Notes: a model not told the origin generated them from the sequence alone. DNA of 59,206 bases from a bacterium (GCA_036788095.1 DAIQOA010000004.1:1-59206); one strand, 5' to 3'; counted from the stretch's first letter, positions 1 to 11,154 are shown. A program made the numbers and translations.

Positions 1-1
1 C

Positions 2-400
2 AAGATCAGCCCGGTGCTGGATCCGATGACGCGCATGGCGACCGTCGAGGTGCTGGTGAATAATCCAGATCGGCGGCTGAAACCGGGCATGTTCGCGCGG
101 GTTAAGGTTCTCACCGGAGTGATTGAAAATACGATCGCCGTGCCGCGCTATGCGACGGTGGAGCGGACCACTTTAGAGCGGATAAACGGAGAAGAGACGG
201 CAGTCACTCATTATCTGGTCTACGTAGTGGATGGTGACAAGGCGATACAGCGAACCTTGCAAGTGTCATATGCGGACCATGTCCAACTGGCTGTGATCGG
301 CGGCATCAAGGCCGGCGAGCAGTTGGTCACCGTGGGTCAGGCCGGCCTGCGCGACGGTGCGCCGGTACGGATTATCACCTCAGGGGAGGCCCCACGATGA
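2..400 (+). CDS. RND efflux periplasmic adaptor (membrane fusion protein), 5'-truncated by window edge
   Basis: C-terminal MFP motifs (LKPGMFARV, IAVPRYA, GIKAGEQLVTVGQAGLRDGAPV); frame open to the window start; overlaps the RND transporter start (ATGA). Confidence 0.9.
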   Translation, partial: KISPVLDPMTRMATVEVLVNNPDRRLKPGMFARVKVLTGVIENTIAVPRYATVERTTLERINGEETAVTHYLVYVVDGDKAIQRTLQVSYADHVQLAVIGGIKAGEQLVTVGQAGLRDGAPVRIITSGEAPR

Positions 401-3400
401 GAATAACTCAGGCTTCCATCAAGCGCGGCGTGACAACGGCGATGATCTATCTCATCGCCATCGGCTTCGGCCTTTTCTCTCTGGCTCGTCTCAATATTGA
501 TCTTTATCCCAAACTCGAATTTCCGATGCTGGCGATCATCACCCAGTACACCGGAGTCGGGCCGAACGATCTGGAGACCGTAATCACCAGGCCCATCGAA
601 GAGGCCTGCGCCTCGGTAGAGAACGTCAAGACGGTCAGCTCCACCACTCAGCAGGGTCTCTCGCTGATTATGATCGAATTCAGCTGGGGAACCGATATGA
701 ACCAGGCGGAGATCGATGTTCGCAACAACCTGGAGTACATCCGCGACTATATGCCGGAGGACGCCAGTGAACCCATGGTCTTCGCATTTGACGTCTCCTC
801 GCAGCCGATCCTTTATTTGACCCTCTCCTCAAACGATCTCAGCCAGGCGGAACTGCGCTACATCGGCGAGCATGACCTCGAGCCGCGTCTGGAGCGTATT
901 CCCGGTGTGGCCTCGGCCTCCACCATGGGCGGCATGAAGCGGGAGATCAAAGTTTTCGCCGACCCGATGCGCATGCGCGCCCACAACATCTCGTTGCAGC
1001 AGATCACCGGCAGCCTGCAGGCGGCCAATTTGCAGATCCCGTCGGGCATGGTCGACAATGAACGGCTTGAATTTTCAGTCAACACCGCCGGGCAGTTCAC
1101 CAGTGTGGAACAGATCGCCGGCACCAGCGTGGCAACCTATAACGGCGCGGTGATCCGCGTCAGCGATGTGGCGCGCGTCGAGGATGGTTTCACTGAGCAG
1201 CGCCAGCGGGTGTGGAACAACAACAAGCCTGCGGTGATGGTCATCTTGCAAAGGCAGTCCGATGCCAACTCGGTCACGGTCTGCCGGGAAGTGGCGAAGC
1301 GCATGCCCGCTATCGAAAAGGAGCTGCCGTCGGGCGTCAAGGTGGAAACGATGATGGATCTGTCCAAGTTCATCACCCAGTCCATGTCCAACCTGACGAG
1401 CACCGCCTGGCAGGCGGTGCTGCTCACATTTCTGGTGCTGCTTTTTTTCTTGCGCAACATCCGCAGCGCCCTGATCGTGGCTGTTTCGATCCCGGTCTCG
1501 GTCGTCACCACCTTCGCGGTCATGGATCAGGCGGGATTGACTCTGAACATCATCTCCATGGCGGGCCTGGCCCTGTCGATCGGCATGCTGGTCGACAACT
1601 CGATCGTGGTTTTGGAGAGCATTTTCCGGCGCCACGATGAGAAAAAGGAAAAGCTTCGCGATGCCGCCAACAACGGCGCGCAGGAAGTGGGCATGGCGGT
1701 CACCGCTTCGACCCTGACCACTCTGGTCGTCTTCATTCCGGTGCTTTTTGTGCCTGGCATGGCGGGCATGCTCTTCCGCGACATGGTGATCACCATCTGT
1801 TTTTCACTGACCATCTCGCTGGTCGTGGCCTTGACCCTGATTCCCCTGCTGGCCTCGCGCATTCTGCGCATTCAGAAGAATCTCGATCCGCGGGGTTTGG
1901 CTATGCGGACGAACCGGTTGATCACCGGCTGGCTGGATCAGCTGCATGCTGCGTACGAGCGCGTACTGACCGGCGCCCTGAGCCATAAAAAGAGCGTTCT
2001 AGCAGCCACCTTTCTCGCCTTTGTCCTCGCAGTGGTCTGGATGTTTACAGCTGGGGGAGACTTTATTCCCCAGACGGACAATGGCTTTCTCGCGGTCTCA
2101 GTAGATCGTTCTCCAGGCACCAGCCTCGAGTCCATGGACAAGAGCATGCAGGAACTGAGCCAGATCCTCAAGGAAAAGATCCCCGAGGCCGACAACATTT
2201 ATGCTAATTTCGGCCAGGGTGAGGGCATCATGGCCCTCTTTTCCTCGCAGAATTCCGCCGAAGGAGATGTAACCATCCGCCTCAAGGAGCGCAAGGAACG
2301 CAAACGCAGCGTCTTTGAGATTCAGGATAATCTACGCGAGGAACTCAACAAATTACCCGATATGGAGGTCAAGTTCGCCGATCGTGGCGAACAGCTCTTC
2401 AGCGGTGCGGATATCGCCGTCAAGATTTTTGGCCATGACCTGCAGAAATCGGAAGCCCTCGCCAATGAACTCGAGGTCAAGCTGGAAAAAATCAAAGGCA
2501 TCGCCTCGATAACCTCCAGCATCCGCAAGGCGACCCCGGAGCTGCGCATCGATCTCGATCGGCAGCGCATCGCCGATCTGGGGTTGAGTACGGCCCAGAT
2601 CGGGCAGGTGGTCAGCACCAGCATTCTCGGTTCCACCGTCACCCAGTTCCGCGACGGCGGCGACGAGTACGATATCAAACTGCAGCTTGACAAAAAATCG
2701 CGCACCAGCAAGGAGGATCTGGAGAATATCCTCATCATGACGCCAACGGGGAGCCAGATACCGCTGCGCGCCATCTCCACCATCGCCTACACCAAGGCCC
2801 CGCGCGAGATCCTGCGCGAGGATCAGGAACGTATCGTTACGCTCGGCATCGATATATCCGGGCGCGATCTGCGCAGTGTCACCGCTGATGTGAAAAAAGC
2901 GATGAAAGAGGTTTCTCTGCCGCGCGATTTCCGCACGGAGATCGGCGGCACGGCCGAAGATCAGCAGGAGTCTTTCATGTATCTCGGCCTCGCCCTGATG
3001 GTGGCCATCCTGTTGACCTACATGGTGATGGCTTCGCAGTTCGAGTCTTTGGTCGATCCTTTCACCATCCTGTTCACCGTACCTCTCTCGATGATCGGCG
3101 TCGCCCTCGGGCTGCTGGTTACCGGTACGGACATGAGCGTGATGGCATTGGTTGGCGTGGTCATGCTGGTGGGCATCGTGGTCAACAACGGCATCGTGTT
3201 GGTGGACAAGATCAACCAGCTGCGTCAAGAGGGACTGGAACTGGAGGCCGCGATTCATGAGGCCGGACGCGTCCGTCTGCGGCCGGTGCTGATGACCGCC
3301 ATGACCACCATCCTTGGCATGTTGCCGCTGGCCATCGGCTCCGGTGAAAGCGGCGAGACCTGGGCGCCCATGGGCCGCGCGGTCATGGGAGGCATGACCG

Positions 3401-3537
3401 TGGCCACCGTTCTCACCCTGATCATAGTGCCGATCATTTACTATTACATGGAATTCATCGGCTCGCGGGCTAACCGCTTCCGCAAGGCGCGCGAACAACG
3501 CCGCCTCGACAAGGGCATCGTCCACGCCGAAGAGTAG
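397..3537 (+). CDS. RND efflux transporter permease, AcrB/AcrD/AcrF family
   Basis: 1046 aa, two large periplasmic loops, GMLVDNSIVV and RLRPVLMTAMTT motifs. Confidence 0.95.
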   Translation: MRITQASIKRGVTTAMIYLIAIGFGLFSLARLNIDLYPKLEFPMLAIITQYTGVGPNDLETVITRPIEEACASVENVKTVSSTTQQGLSLIMIEFSWGTDMNQAEIDVRNNLEYIRDYMPEDASEPMVFAFDVSSQPILYLTLSSNDLSQAELRYIGEHDLEPRLERIPGVASASTMGGMKREIKVFADPMRMRAHNISLQQITGSLQAANLQIPSGMVDNERLEFSVNTAGQFTSVEQIAGTSVATYNGAVIRVSDVARVEDGFTEQRQRVWNNNKPAVMVILQRQSDANSVTVCREVAKRMPAIEKELPSGVKVETMMDLSKFITQSMSNLTSTAWQAVLLTFLVLLFFLRNIRSALIVAVSIPVSVVTTFAVMDQAGLTLNIISMAGLALSIGMLVDNSIVVLESIFRRHDEKKEKLRDAANNGAQEVGMAVTASTLTTLVVFIPVLFVPGMAGMLFRDMVITICFSLTISLVVALTLIPLLASRILRIQKNLDPRGLAMRTNRLITGWLDQLHAAYERVLTGALSHKKSVLAATFLAFVLAVVWMFTAGGDFIPQTDNGFLAVSVDRSPGTSLESMDKSMQELSQILKEKIPEADNIYANFGQGEGIMALFSSQNSAEGDVTIRLKERKERKRSVFEIQDNLREELNKLPDMEVKFADRGEQLFSGADIAVKIFGHDLQKSEALANELEVKLEKIKGIASITSSIRKATPELRIDLDRQRIADLGLSTAQIGQVVSTSILGSTVTQFRDGGDEYDIKLQLDKKSRTSKEDLENILIMTPTGSQIPLRAISTIAYTKAPREILREDQERIVTLGIDISGRDLRSVTADVKKAMKEVSLPRDFRTEIGGTAEDQQESFMYLGLALMVAILLTYMVMASQFESLVDPFTILFTVPLSMIGVALGLLVTGTDMSVMALVGVVMLVGIVVNNGIVLVDKINQLRQEGLELEAAIHEAGRVRLRPVLMTAMTTILGMLPLAIGSGESGETWAPMGRAVMGGMTVATVLTLIIVPIIYYYMEFIGSRANRFRKAREQRRLDKGIVHAEE

Positions 3538-3558
3538 AACAAAAAAGCTGATAGCAAG

Positions 3559-3589
3559 GGCCGCGTCGTAGAATGCGGCCTTTTTTTTT
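3559..3589 (+). terminator. Rho-independent terminator after RND operon
   Basis: GGCCGC/GCGGCC stem (3559-3580) followed by T9. Confidence 0.7.
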
Positions 3590-3654
3590 GCCCTTTTAGC
3601 GACTCGAACGAATCGCCTTTGCCGCGCCTCTGATGCGCAGCGCCCTTTTTTCCA

Positions 3655-3683
3655 TTGACAACAAGAATGTCTTTTTCTATATT
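3655..3683 (+). promoter_or_regulatory. sigma70-type promoter for cydAB
   Basis: TTGACA (3655-3660) - 17 bp - TATATT (3678-3683). Confidence 0.7.
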
Positions 3684-3776
3684 GATGACACATTCCGCGA
3701 AGGCGCTGACCGCGGCGCCGCGCCAAACACCGCAAATGGCGCCACCCGCGGCAAACCAAAACCAGAGGATCCCCCC

Positions 3777-5123
3777 ATGGATGCATTTCTTTTATCGCGG
3801 TTGCAATTCGCTCTTACCATCGGTTTTCACTATATCTTTCCGCCCCTGAGCATCGGCCTGGGGATTCTGCTGGTGCTCATGGAAGCCCGGTACATCAAAA
3901 CCAGGGACGCGCTCTATCTCGATATGACCAAATTCTGGGCCAAGATTTTCGCCCTGACCTTCGCCCTGGGCGTAGCCAGCGGCATTGTCATGGAGTTTCA
4001 GTTCGGCACCAACTGGTCAATCTACTCCCGTTTTGTCGGCGATGTGTTCGGCAGCGCTCTGGCGGCTGAAGGCATTTTCGCCTTTTTTCTCGAGTCGGGA
4101 TTTCTCGCCATCCTGCTCTTCGGCTGGAATCGGGTAAAGCCGAAAGTGCATTTTTTCGCCACCTGCATGGTGGCGCTGGGCGCGCACTTTAGTGCCGTCT
4201 GGATCATTGTCGCCAATTCATGGCAACAGACGCCGGCCGGCCACCACATCGTCCAAGCCGGCGGCGTTGCGCGTGCAGAGATCGTTGATTTCTGGAACCT
4301 GGTCTTCAATCCCTCCACCGTGGATCGTCTCAGCCACACCCTGGCCGGCGCCTGGCAAGCCGGCGCTTTTTTGGTCCTGAGCGTAGCCGCCTATTATTCG
4401 CTGCGTAAGAGACACGATCGCTTCAGCGCCGCTGCGCTGAAAATCGCCCTGCCCATCGCCGTCTTCTCCTCGCTGCTGCAGCTGTTCACCGGCCACCAAA
4501 GCGCCCAGGGAGTGGCTGAAACACAACCGGCGAAACTGGCGGCTTTTGAAGGCCACTATGAGGCCTGCGCGGCGGCGGATATGTATCTGTTCGGTTGGGT
4601 GGATGAAAAAGAGGAAAAAGTGCGCTTCGGCATCAGGATCCCGGGCCTGCTCAGCTGGATGGTCCACGGCAGCTGTTCCTCGCCGGTGACGGGTCTGAAG
4701 GCGTTCGCGCCGCAGGACCGCCCGCCGGTGAACATCGTTTTTCAAACCTATCACCTGATGGTGATCATCGGCATGGGGCTGATCGCCCTGTCTCTGGTCG
4801 CGCTCTTTTTTCACCTTCGCGGAACCCTGCTCAGGAAAAACTGGCTGCTGTGGATTCTGCTGTTCAGCGTGCTGGGACCACAGGTGGCGAATCAGGTGGG
4901 ATGGGCTTCGACGGAGATAGGCCGGCAACCCTGGATCGTCTATCAGCTGCTGAGAACCAGCGACGCCTGGTCACCTAATGTCTCTACAGGCGAACTCTAC
5001 TTCTCGCTGGTCCTGTTTTCCATCATCTATGCGCTGCTGCTGGCGCTCTTTCTCTATCTGCTTAACGATAAAATCCAAAAAGGACCCGGTAACGCATTCA
5101 GCCTGGAGGGACATCGCGCATGA
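3777..5123 (+). CDS. cydA: Cytochrome bd ubiquinol oxidase subunit I
   Basis: [30 protein letters not shown] and GRQPW motifs; start moved to ATG 3777 because the ORF-track extension overlaps the promoter. Confidence 0.95.
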   Translation: MDAFLLSRLQFALTIGFHYIFPPLSIGLGILLVLMEARYIKTRDALYLDMTKFWAKIFALTFALGVASGIVMEFQFGTNWSIYSRFVGDVFGSALAAEGIFAFFLESGFLAILLFGWNRVKPKVHFFATCMVALGAHFSAVWIIVANSWQQTPAGHHIVQAGGVARAEIVDFWNLVFNPSTVDRLSHTLAGAWQAGAFLVLSVAAYYSLRKRHDRFSAAALKIALPIAVFSSLLQLFTGHQSAQGVAETQPAKLAAFEGHYEACAAADMYLFGWVDEKEEKVRFGIRIPGLLSWMVHGSCSSPVTGLKAFAPQDRPPVNIVFQTYHLMVIIGMGLIALSLVALFFHLRGTLLRKNWLLWILLFSVLGPQVANQVGWASTEIGRQPWIVYQLLRTSDAWSPNVSTGELYFSLVLFSIIYALLLALFLYLLNDKIQKGPGNAFSLEGHRA

Positions 5124-6148
5124 ATGGGGCTCTAGATCTCAACACCGTATGGTTTTTTCTGGTGGGCGCGCTGTTTGCCGGCTATGCCATTTTGGATGGA
5201 TTCGATCTCGGCGTCGGCGGCTTGCACCTCTTCACCCGCGGCGATGAACATCGTCGCGTTATGATCAACGCCATTGCGCCGATCTGGGACGGCAACGAAG
5301 TTTGGCTGGTCACCGGCGGAGGCGCACTCTTTGCCGCCTTTCCCAATGTCTATGCCGCCGCTTTTTCAGGATTCTACATCGCCTTTATGCTGCTGCTCTT
5401 CTGCCTGATCTTCCGTGCCGTCTCCATCGAATTCCGCAGCAAGCAGCCCATGGCCTGGTGGCGGGCCTTCTGGGACATCAGCTTCAGCGTCAGCAGCCTG
5501 CTCGCCGCCCTATTAATCGGCGTCGCCCTCGGCAACATCGCCTGGGGAATCCCGCTCGACAGCCAGGGAACCTTTCACGGCTCCTTCTGGAGCCTGCTCC
5601 ATCCCTACGCCCTGCTGGTGGGTGCATGCACCGTGGTTCTGTTTCTCATGCACGGTTCGATCTTTCTGCTGATGAAAACCGAAGGTGTGCTGCAGCAACA
5701 GATCCGTTCATGGACCAAACCCTTGATCCTCGCGTTCATCGGCTGTTATCTGGCGCTCACGCTGTCCACGTTCCTGACCGTGCCGCATTTGACCGAGTCG
5801 TTTCTCAGCCGTCCGTTCCTCTATCCGGTAGCGTTCATCAATTTGCTGGCGATCATCAATATTCCGCGCGAGATGAAGCGAGGCCGCACGCTGGCCGCCT
5901 TTCTTTCAAGCGCAACCGCCGTGTTAACCCTGCTGCTGCTTTTTGGCGTCAGCGCATACCCGCATCTGATTTATTCTCATCCGTTGGCGGCCAACAGTCT
6001 GACGATCTATAACGCCGCCTCTTCAGCCAAAACATTGCGGATTATGCTGATCATCGCCGCCTGCGGACTTCCCCTGGTGCTCGCTTATACGACGAGCATC
6101 TATTGGATCTTTCGCGGCAAGGTTAAACTGGATGAACACAGTTATTGA
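5120..6148 (+). CDS. cydB: Cytochrome bd ubiquinol oxidase subunit II
   Basis: LDGFDLGVG, WDGNEVWL, FRAVSIEFR motifs; coupled to cydA. Confidence 0.95.
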   Translation: MNGALDLNTVWFFLVGALFAGYAILDGFDLGVGGLHLFTRGDEHRRVMINAIAPIWDGNEVWLVTGGGALFAAFPNVYAAAFSGFYIAFMLLLFCLIFRAVSIEFRSKQPMAWWRAFWDISFSVSSLLAALLIGVALGNIAWGIPLDSQGTFHGSFWSLLHPYALLVGACTVVLFLMHGSIFLLMKTEGVLQQQIRSWTKPLILAFIGCYLALTLSTFLTVPHLTESFLSRPFLYPVAFINLLAIINIPREMKRGRTLAAFLSSATAVLTLLLLFGVSAYPHLIYSHPLAANSLTIYNAASSAKTLRIMLIIAACGLPLVLAYTTSIYWIFRGKVKLDEHSY

Positions 6149-6247
6149 GAGAAAAGACGGTTGGAAGTTGCCAGGCAGCAGCGGGTGGGAATATCGGCAG
6201 GGATGCAAACAGCGTAGAGCGAAGTGGTCCGGGGCCGACGGCGGAGA

Positions 6248-6661
6248 TCATTCCCCCATCACTTTGATGACCAGCCGTTTGCGGCGCCGGCCGTCAAACT
6301 CGGCGTAATAGATCTGCTGCCAGGGCCCCAGGTCCAGGCGGCCGTTGGTGATCGGCACGATCACCTGATGATGAATGAGCAGACTCTTCAGGTGCGCGTC
6401 GCCGTTGGTTTCCCCGGTGCGATGGTGCTTGTAATCCTGCTTAAAGGGCGCCAGGCGCTGCACCCACTCATCGATGTCCTCGATCAGTCCTGATTCGGCG
6501 TCGTTGACATAGACCGCCGCCGTGATGTGCATGGCGGAAACCAGCACCATCCCTTCTTGCACACCGCTTTTAGCGACCACCGCTTCAACCTGATCGGTGA
6601 GGTTGACGTATTCGCGCAAATTTTTACAATGAAACCAGAGATACTCGGTCCTAGTTTTCAT
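6248..6661 (-). CDS. YjbQ/UPF0047 family protein
   Basis: [33 protein letters not shown] motifs. Confidence 0.9.
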   Translation of the reverse strand: MKTRTEYLWFHCKNLREYVNLTDQVEAVVAKSGVQEGMVLVSAMHITAAVYVNDAESGLIEDIDEWVQRLAPFKQDYKHHRTGETNGDAHLKSLLIHHQVIVPITNGRLDLGPWQQIYYAEFDGRRRKRLVIKVMGE

Positions 6662-6664
6662 CTT

Positions 6665-7183
6665 TCACACCATATACTCTTCATCCAGCAACAGGGCTTC
6701 CCGCTCGAATAAAGATTGATTAATGTTGTCGATAAAGTCCTGAACGTGGAGAAAATGGTCCTCGATGAGGGCCTTGTGCAAAGGATGGCTGTTCAGGGCC
6801 ACAAATTCCAGGGCCAGCTTTTCCAACTCGAGAATCATCACCCGTTCAAACTCGTAGACGCGCTGCAAACGGCGGTCAGCGAGCCGGTCCTGGGAAAAGA
6901 ACCCTCCACCCAGATAGGTCGGTGTGGCCAGACTCTGATAGATTGTGCCGAGCTTGCGCCGGGTGCTCAAAATGAGCTCCTGCAGCCGCTGCTGATCTTC
7001 AGACAAAACGGCCTGCGGCGCGGACTCGAGGCTCTTGAGCAACGCCTTGATCCGCTGCTGCAAATGGTGCCGAATTTTTAGGTCCGTGCCCTCTCTTTGC
7101 AGGCTTTGCTCATAGCCGTCGTAGCCGGCGATGACCTGAGAAAGCGCTAGCATCGAGTTCATGGCTGAAGAGGGGTTCTCCAT
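6665..7183 (-). CDS. Hypothetical helical protein (172 aa)
   Basis: 3-bp gap to yjbQ, natural composition, no recognisable motif. Confidence 0.65.
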   Translation of the reverse strand: MENPSSAMNSMLALSQVIAGYDGYEQSLQREGTDLKIRHHLQQRIKALLKSLESAPQAVLSEDQQRLQELILSTRRKLGTIYQSLATPTYLGGGFFSQDRLADRRLQRVYEFERVMILELEKLALEFVALNSHPLHKALIEDHFLHVQDFIDNINQSLFEREALLLDEEYMV

Positions 7184-7392
7184 AGAGACTCCTGGATTCG
7201 ATAAAAAGACGGTAAATGGGCGCCCGAATCGCTTTCATTTACCGTATGGGATTATGTGCAGAGGATGATGGCGTAGGCGAAGACAAGTATATGGTCAACC
7301 TATCTCTATCTTCAAAAGGGTAGACAGCAGATTATGTGGGTTTGTTGCAAAAGTAATTTATAAAGGATTGAACTAAAAGTCAACATCTTTTG

Positions 7393-9330
7393 TCAGGGGG
7401 CGGCCCGATTGACCAGTTTGTAGATTTCCGCCTCGACGAACAGGGTGAACAGGGCCGCATCCAGCTTGCCCCCTTTGACCTCCTCCTCGAGAATGGCCAG
7501 GGCTTTGGCCGGCGGAACCGCCTTTTTATACGGCCGGTCCCACGCTGTCAGCGCGTCATAGATATCCGCTATGGCCATGATCTTGGAAGGCAGCGGGATC
7601 TGCGCACCGGGCAGGCGGCGCGGATAGCCGGTTCCATCGAGCTTTTCATGATGCGCATAGGCGATGAGCGGCACTTCCCGGAGATGCGCCGCCCAGGGGA
7701 TGCGGCTGAGAAAGTTGTAGGTGTGGGTCACATGCGATTCAATCTCCAGCCGCTCCTTTTCGCTCAGGCTGCCGCGGCTGATGGAGAGCAACTGTATTTC
7801 ATCCGGGTTCAACAACGGGGTGGCGTCCTCCTCGTCTTGTACGATTTTTTGTCCCAAGTCAAAAAGATGCGACCGGTCGTTCTCCGGCAAGATCCTCGGC
7901 TCGTTGGCCTCGAGGATGAACTGCAAAAGACCGTCCAGATCGTGCAGCTCAGTCATAAACCGCTGGTCCAGTCGACCGAGGATGGCCTGGACCTGTTTCG
8001 CATCCCTGGACAGCAGAAAGGAAATTTTCTCGCGCGAGGTTTTGGCTTCCAGCATCTTTTTCAAATAGCGGAAGCGCAGCTTGATCATTTCCAGCTGTTC
8101 CGGATAGAGTTTCTTCGCTTTGACCAGCACATGTTCACGCACGCCGATCTTGCCGAAATCATGCAGCAGCGCGGCATATTTGACCTGCTGGAGATCATCC
8201 CGGCTGAAATGAACCGTCTGGAACGGCGCGCGGTCCGAACGATCGACCTGTTCCGCCATTGCCACCGTGAGAACCGCCACCCGCTCAGAATGACCCGAGG
8301 TGGTCGGATCCCGTTGTTCGATGGCGTGCACCGAGGCTAAAATAAATCCTTCGAACAACCGCTTGATGTCCTCATATAAGCGCATGTTCTCGATGGAAAC
8401 CGCCGCTTGACCGGCCAGGGAAGAGGCCAACTCCACGCAGCGATCATCAAAGGGCACGATCGCCGGCCGCGCGGCATCCGCTCGCTGCTTGCGATTGATG
8501 AGCTGCAGCACGCCGATCAATTCACCCTGATGGCTTTTCATCGGAATGCAGAGCACCGACTGCGTATGATAACCGGTACGCTCATCAAAACTGCGATTGT
8601 GCTGAAACTCGCTTCCCTCCGGCAGATGATAGGCATCGGCGATGTTGAGCGGATGGCCGGAGACCACCGCATAGCCCGCCATGCTCTGGCGCTGGATGGG
8701 CAGCACGAACTCTTGATAATCGATGCGCAGCGAATCGTTCTGCGCCAGCTTGAAGCGCAGCTGTTTATCCGCCCAGGGGTCGCCCTCGCGGCTGACCGCG
8801 TCCGGTATTTTTTCGATCAGATACAGGCTGCCCGCATCCGCGGCGGTGATCTCACGCGCCTTGCTCAGGATCAGCTCGAGCAATTTGATCGCGTCGCGTT
8901 CCGCGGAAAGGGCTACGCCTATTTTATTCAGATCGGACAGTTCGCGGCTGCGCAGATCCAACTCCTGCTGCAGAAAGCGCAGCTGCCGGTTCATCTCCAG
9001 CTCGGCAGCCAGTTGATGAATGGCGGAAAAAAGCCGGCGGCGCGTCAACGGCGTCTCCAGATAACGCACCCGCTGCGAAGAGAGCTCTTCCGGTTCCTGC
9101 TCCGGGCCGATGAGCTGCAGCACGCCGGCCCCTGCCGGCAAAACGTCACTGTTCTGCACCGGCCCTTCAGCGCCATCCTCATCGAGGAGAACGATTTGGG
9201 ATCCATCGGATCCGGGTTCGAGGGTCTGGACCAGTCGCCAATGGTTCGGGCCCTGAGCCAGCAGGCGGCGGACCTCTTGCTGATTTTGGCCCCCGCGATA
9301 AACGATGTAAACGGTTCGAGTGGACGACAT
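7393..9330 (-). CDS. GAF + HD-GYP domain phosphodiesterase (putative c-di-GMP PDE)
   Basis: GAF (ITAADAGSLY...SVLCIPM...GVLQLIN), HSERVA, LHDFGK, HHEKLDGTGYP, DIYDAL, RPYKK. Confidence 0.9.
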   Translation of the reverse strand: MSSTRTVYIVYRGGQNQQEVRRLLAQGPNHWRLVQTLEPGSDGSQIVLLDEDGAEGPVQNSDVLPAGAGVLQLIGPEQEPEELSSQRVRYLETPLTRRRLFSAIHQLAAELEMNRQLRFLQQELDLRSRELSDLNKIGVALSAERDAIKLLELILSKAREITAADAGSLYLIEKIPDAVSREGDPWADKQLRFKLAQNDSLRIDYQEFVLPIQRQSMAGYAVVSGHPLNIADAYHLPEGSEFQHNRSFDERTGYHTQSVLCIPMKSHQGELIGVLQLINRKQRADAARPAIVPFDDRCVELASSLAGQAAVSIENMRLYEDIKRLFEGFILASVHAIEQRDPTTSGHSERVAVLTVAMAEQVDRSDRAPFQTVHFSRDDLQQVKYAALLHDFGKIGVREHVLVKAKKLYPEQLEMIKLRFRYLKKMLEAKTSREKISFLLSRDAKQVQAILGRLDQRFMTELHDLDGLLQFILEANEPRILPENDRSHLFDLGQKIVQDEEDATPLLNPDEIQLLSISRGSLSEKERLEIESHVTHTYNFLSRIPWAAHLREVPLIAYAHHEKLDGTGYPRRLPGAQIPLPSKIMAIADIYDALTAWDRPYKKAVPPAKALAILEEEVKGGKLDAALFTLFVEAEIYKLVNRAAP

Positions 9331-9334
9331 GAGG

Positions 9335-10222
9335 TTAATCCGATCTGTTTTCAGAAACCAAGGTCATGGCAATGCCGCTTAAAATAACGGCCCCGCCGGC
9401 CATTTTAATCCAGCCCACCGGTTCGTGCAAAATCAGATAGGCCAGGATCGTCGCGCCGATGGGCTCGGCCAGGGTCATGATGGAGACCGCGGTGGCGGAA
9501 AAATGCTTCAACGCCCAGTTCAGCGTGGTGTGACCGATGATTTGCGGAAATAGCGCGATCAAAAAAAACAAGCCCACCGTCCGTGCTGGATATCCCCAGA
9601 GAGGAAAGGAGAACAGGGCGGTGATCACCAGCGTGGCCGCGGCAGCGGCGGAATAAACCAGACTGACGTAAATGATCGTACTCAGCGCCGGCCGCAGCTT
9701 GCGTCCGATCAGCAGATAGCCGGCGGCGCCAAAGGCGCCGAGTACGGCGAGCGCGTTGCCCAACAGAGAACCCTGCGCGGCCTGATAGTCCTGATGGCTG
9801 ATGGAGAGGCTGCCGGCCAGACAGAGCATAATGCCGCCAAACATCAACGGCGCGCCTTTTTCACGAAAAAAAAGAAAACTCCCGATCGCGACCATGACCG
9901 GCGCGGTCTGCACCAAGACCACCGAGCTGGCGACCGAGGTGAACTCGAGAGAAGAGATCCAGGCGATAAAATGCAGACTAAGAAACAGTCCGGAAAAGAC
10001 AGCCCATCGCGCCCGCGCTCCGCTGACCTCGACATAGGGCCGGCGCGCCCGGCTGAAGGCCAGCACCCCATAGAACAGCGCGGCCAGGGTGAGGCGATAG
10101 CTGGCGATGACCAGTGCCGGGGCGTCGCACAGTTTGATCAAAACAGAGGAAACGGAAATCGAAACCAGGCCTACAGCCAGAACCAGCAGCCTGCCGCTCC
10201 AACCTTTCTGCGAGCCGATCAT
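9335..10222 (-). CDS. DMT/EamA family transporter
   Basis: About 10 TM helices, two EamA repeats, EPIGATILAYLILHE. Confidence 0.9.
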   Translation of the reverse strand: MIGSQKGWSGRLLVLAVGLVSISVSSVLIKLCDAPALVIASYRLTLAALFYGVLAFSRARRPYVEVSGARARWAVFSGLFLSLHFIAWISSLEFTSVASSVVLVQTAPVMVAIGSFLFFREKGAPLMFGGIMLCLAGSLSISHQDYQAAQGSLLGNALAVLGAFGAAGYLLIGRKLRPALSTIIYVSLVYSAAAAATLVITALFSFPLWGYPARTVGLFFLIALFPQIIGHTTLNWALKHFSATAVSIMTLAEPIGATILAYLILHEPVGWIKMAGGAVILSGIAMTLVSENRSD

Positions 10223-11154
10223 AGCGGCTCCCGAACCGGAACCGTATAACAGCCCTCATCCTGTGGCATCTCTGTTGCCGGAAAGATCAAGCGCGCGGAT
10301 TCCAGCATCTCCACCTCTGACTGGTCGTCCTGCCGCCCGCTGATGTGATAGAGATAGAGCCGGCGGCTGCCGGCGGCCGCGGCGCTCTCCGCCGCCTGCC
10401 GGCTGGTGCTGTGGCCGGTCTGCTGGGCCAACGCCTCCTGATCCGGATGAAAGGTACTCTCATGGATCAGCGCATCGGCACCCCGCGCCAGGATGCGCAC
10501 GTTTTCGCACGGACGGGTATCCGTACAATAGGCGATGATGCGCCCCCTTTGCGCCGGCCCCACCACCTCTTCCGGTCTGATGCGCCGGCCGTGCCACTCG
10601 ACGGTTTCACCATGAATAAGCGCGGTGCGCAGATCGTTATTCGGAAGGCCCAGGGCTTGGGCGCGGTCGGCGTCGAATTTGCCTGGACGATCGTGTTCGA
10701 TAAAACGATAGCCAAAGCACAGCGGTCCGTGATCCAGCGGCAGCGATTGTACGGAAAAGCCCTCCAACGCCCAGGTCTGCTCCGACTGCGACGTGCAGGG
10801 GACCACGACCACCGGAAAGGACACATGGTGCTGCGTTACCTGGTAGACCGTTTGCAGAAACAGTTCCAGCTCCGGCGGTCCGTATACGTAGAGCGGTTCG
10901 CTGCGCTTGAGCAGATGCTGCGAGGTGATCAGGCCGGGCAGGCCGAACAGATGATCGCCGTGCAAATGACTGATAAAGATATGGCGGATTCGAGCAGGGG
11001 AAAGACCCGCTTGCTGCAGCCGCATCTGCGTGCCTTCACTGCAATCGAACAGCGCCACCTGGCCGTCCAGAATCAGCGCCAGCGCGGGCAGCATACGGCG
11101 CGGCGTCGGCAAGGCCGCGCCGGTTCCCAGGAACAGCAGTCGGATTTGATCCAT
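10219..11154 (-). CDS. rnz: Ribonuclease Z
   Basis: FLGTG, DCSEGTQ, SHLHGDH, exosite arm, YCTDT, HESTF, HST, HIS motifs. Confidence 0.9.
   Translation of the reverse strand: MDQIRLLFLGTGAALPTPRRMLPALALILDGQVALFDCSEGTQMRLQQAGLSPARIRHIFISHLHGDHLFGLPGLITSQHLLKRSEPLYVYGPPELELFLQTVYQVTQHHVSFPVVVVPCTSQSEQTWALEGFSVQSLPLDHGPLCFGYRFIEHDRPGKFDADRAQALGLPNNDLRTALIHGETVEWHGRRIRPEEVVGPAQRGRIIAYCTDTRPCENVRILARGADALIHESTFHPDQEALAQQTGHSTSRQAAESAAAAGSRRLYLYHISGRQDDQSEVEMLESARLIFPATEMPQDEGCYTVPVREPL

Noticed and set aside
3633-3776. N-terminal extension of CydA in the ORF track
   Set aside because: It overlaps the TTGACA/TATATT promoter; family homology starts at [11 protein letters not shown].
858-3786. Long antisense or alternative-frame ORFs over the RND gene (e.g. 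2353..3786, 1075..1635) and similar shadows over cydAB, hsdM, fusA, glgC, glnS
   Set aside because: Typical shadow ORFs of GC-rich coding DNA, fully overlapping well-supported genes, with no motifs.
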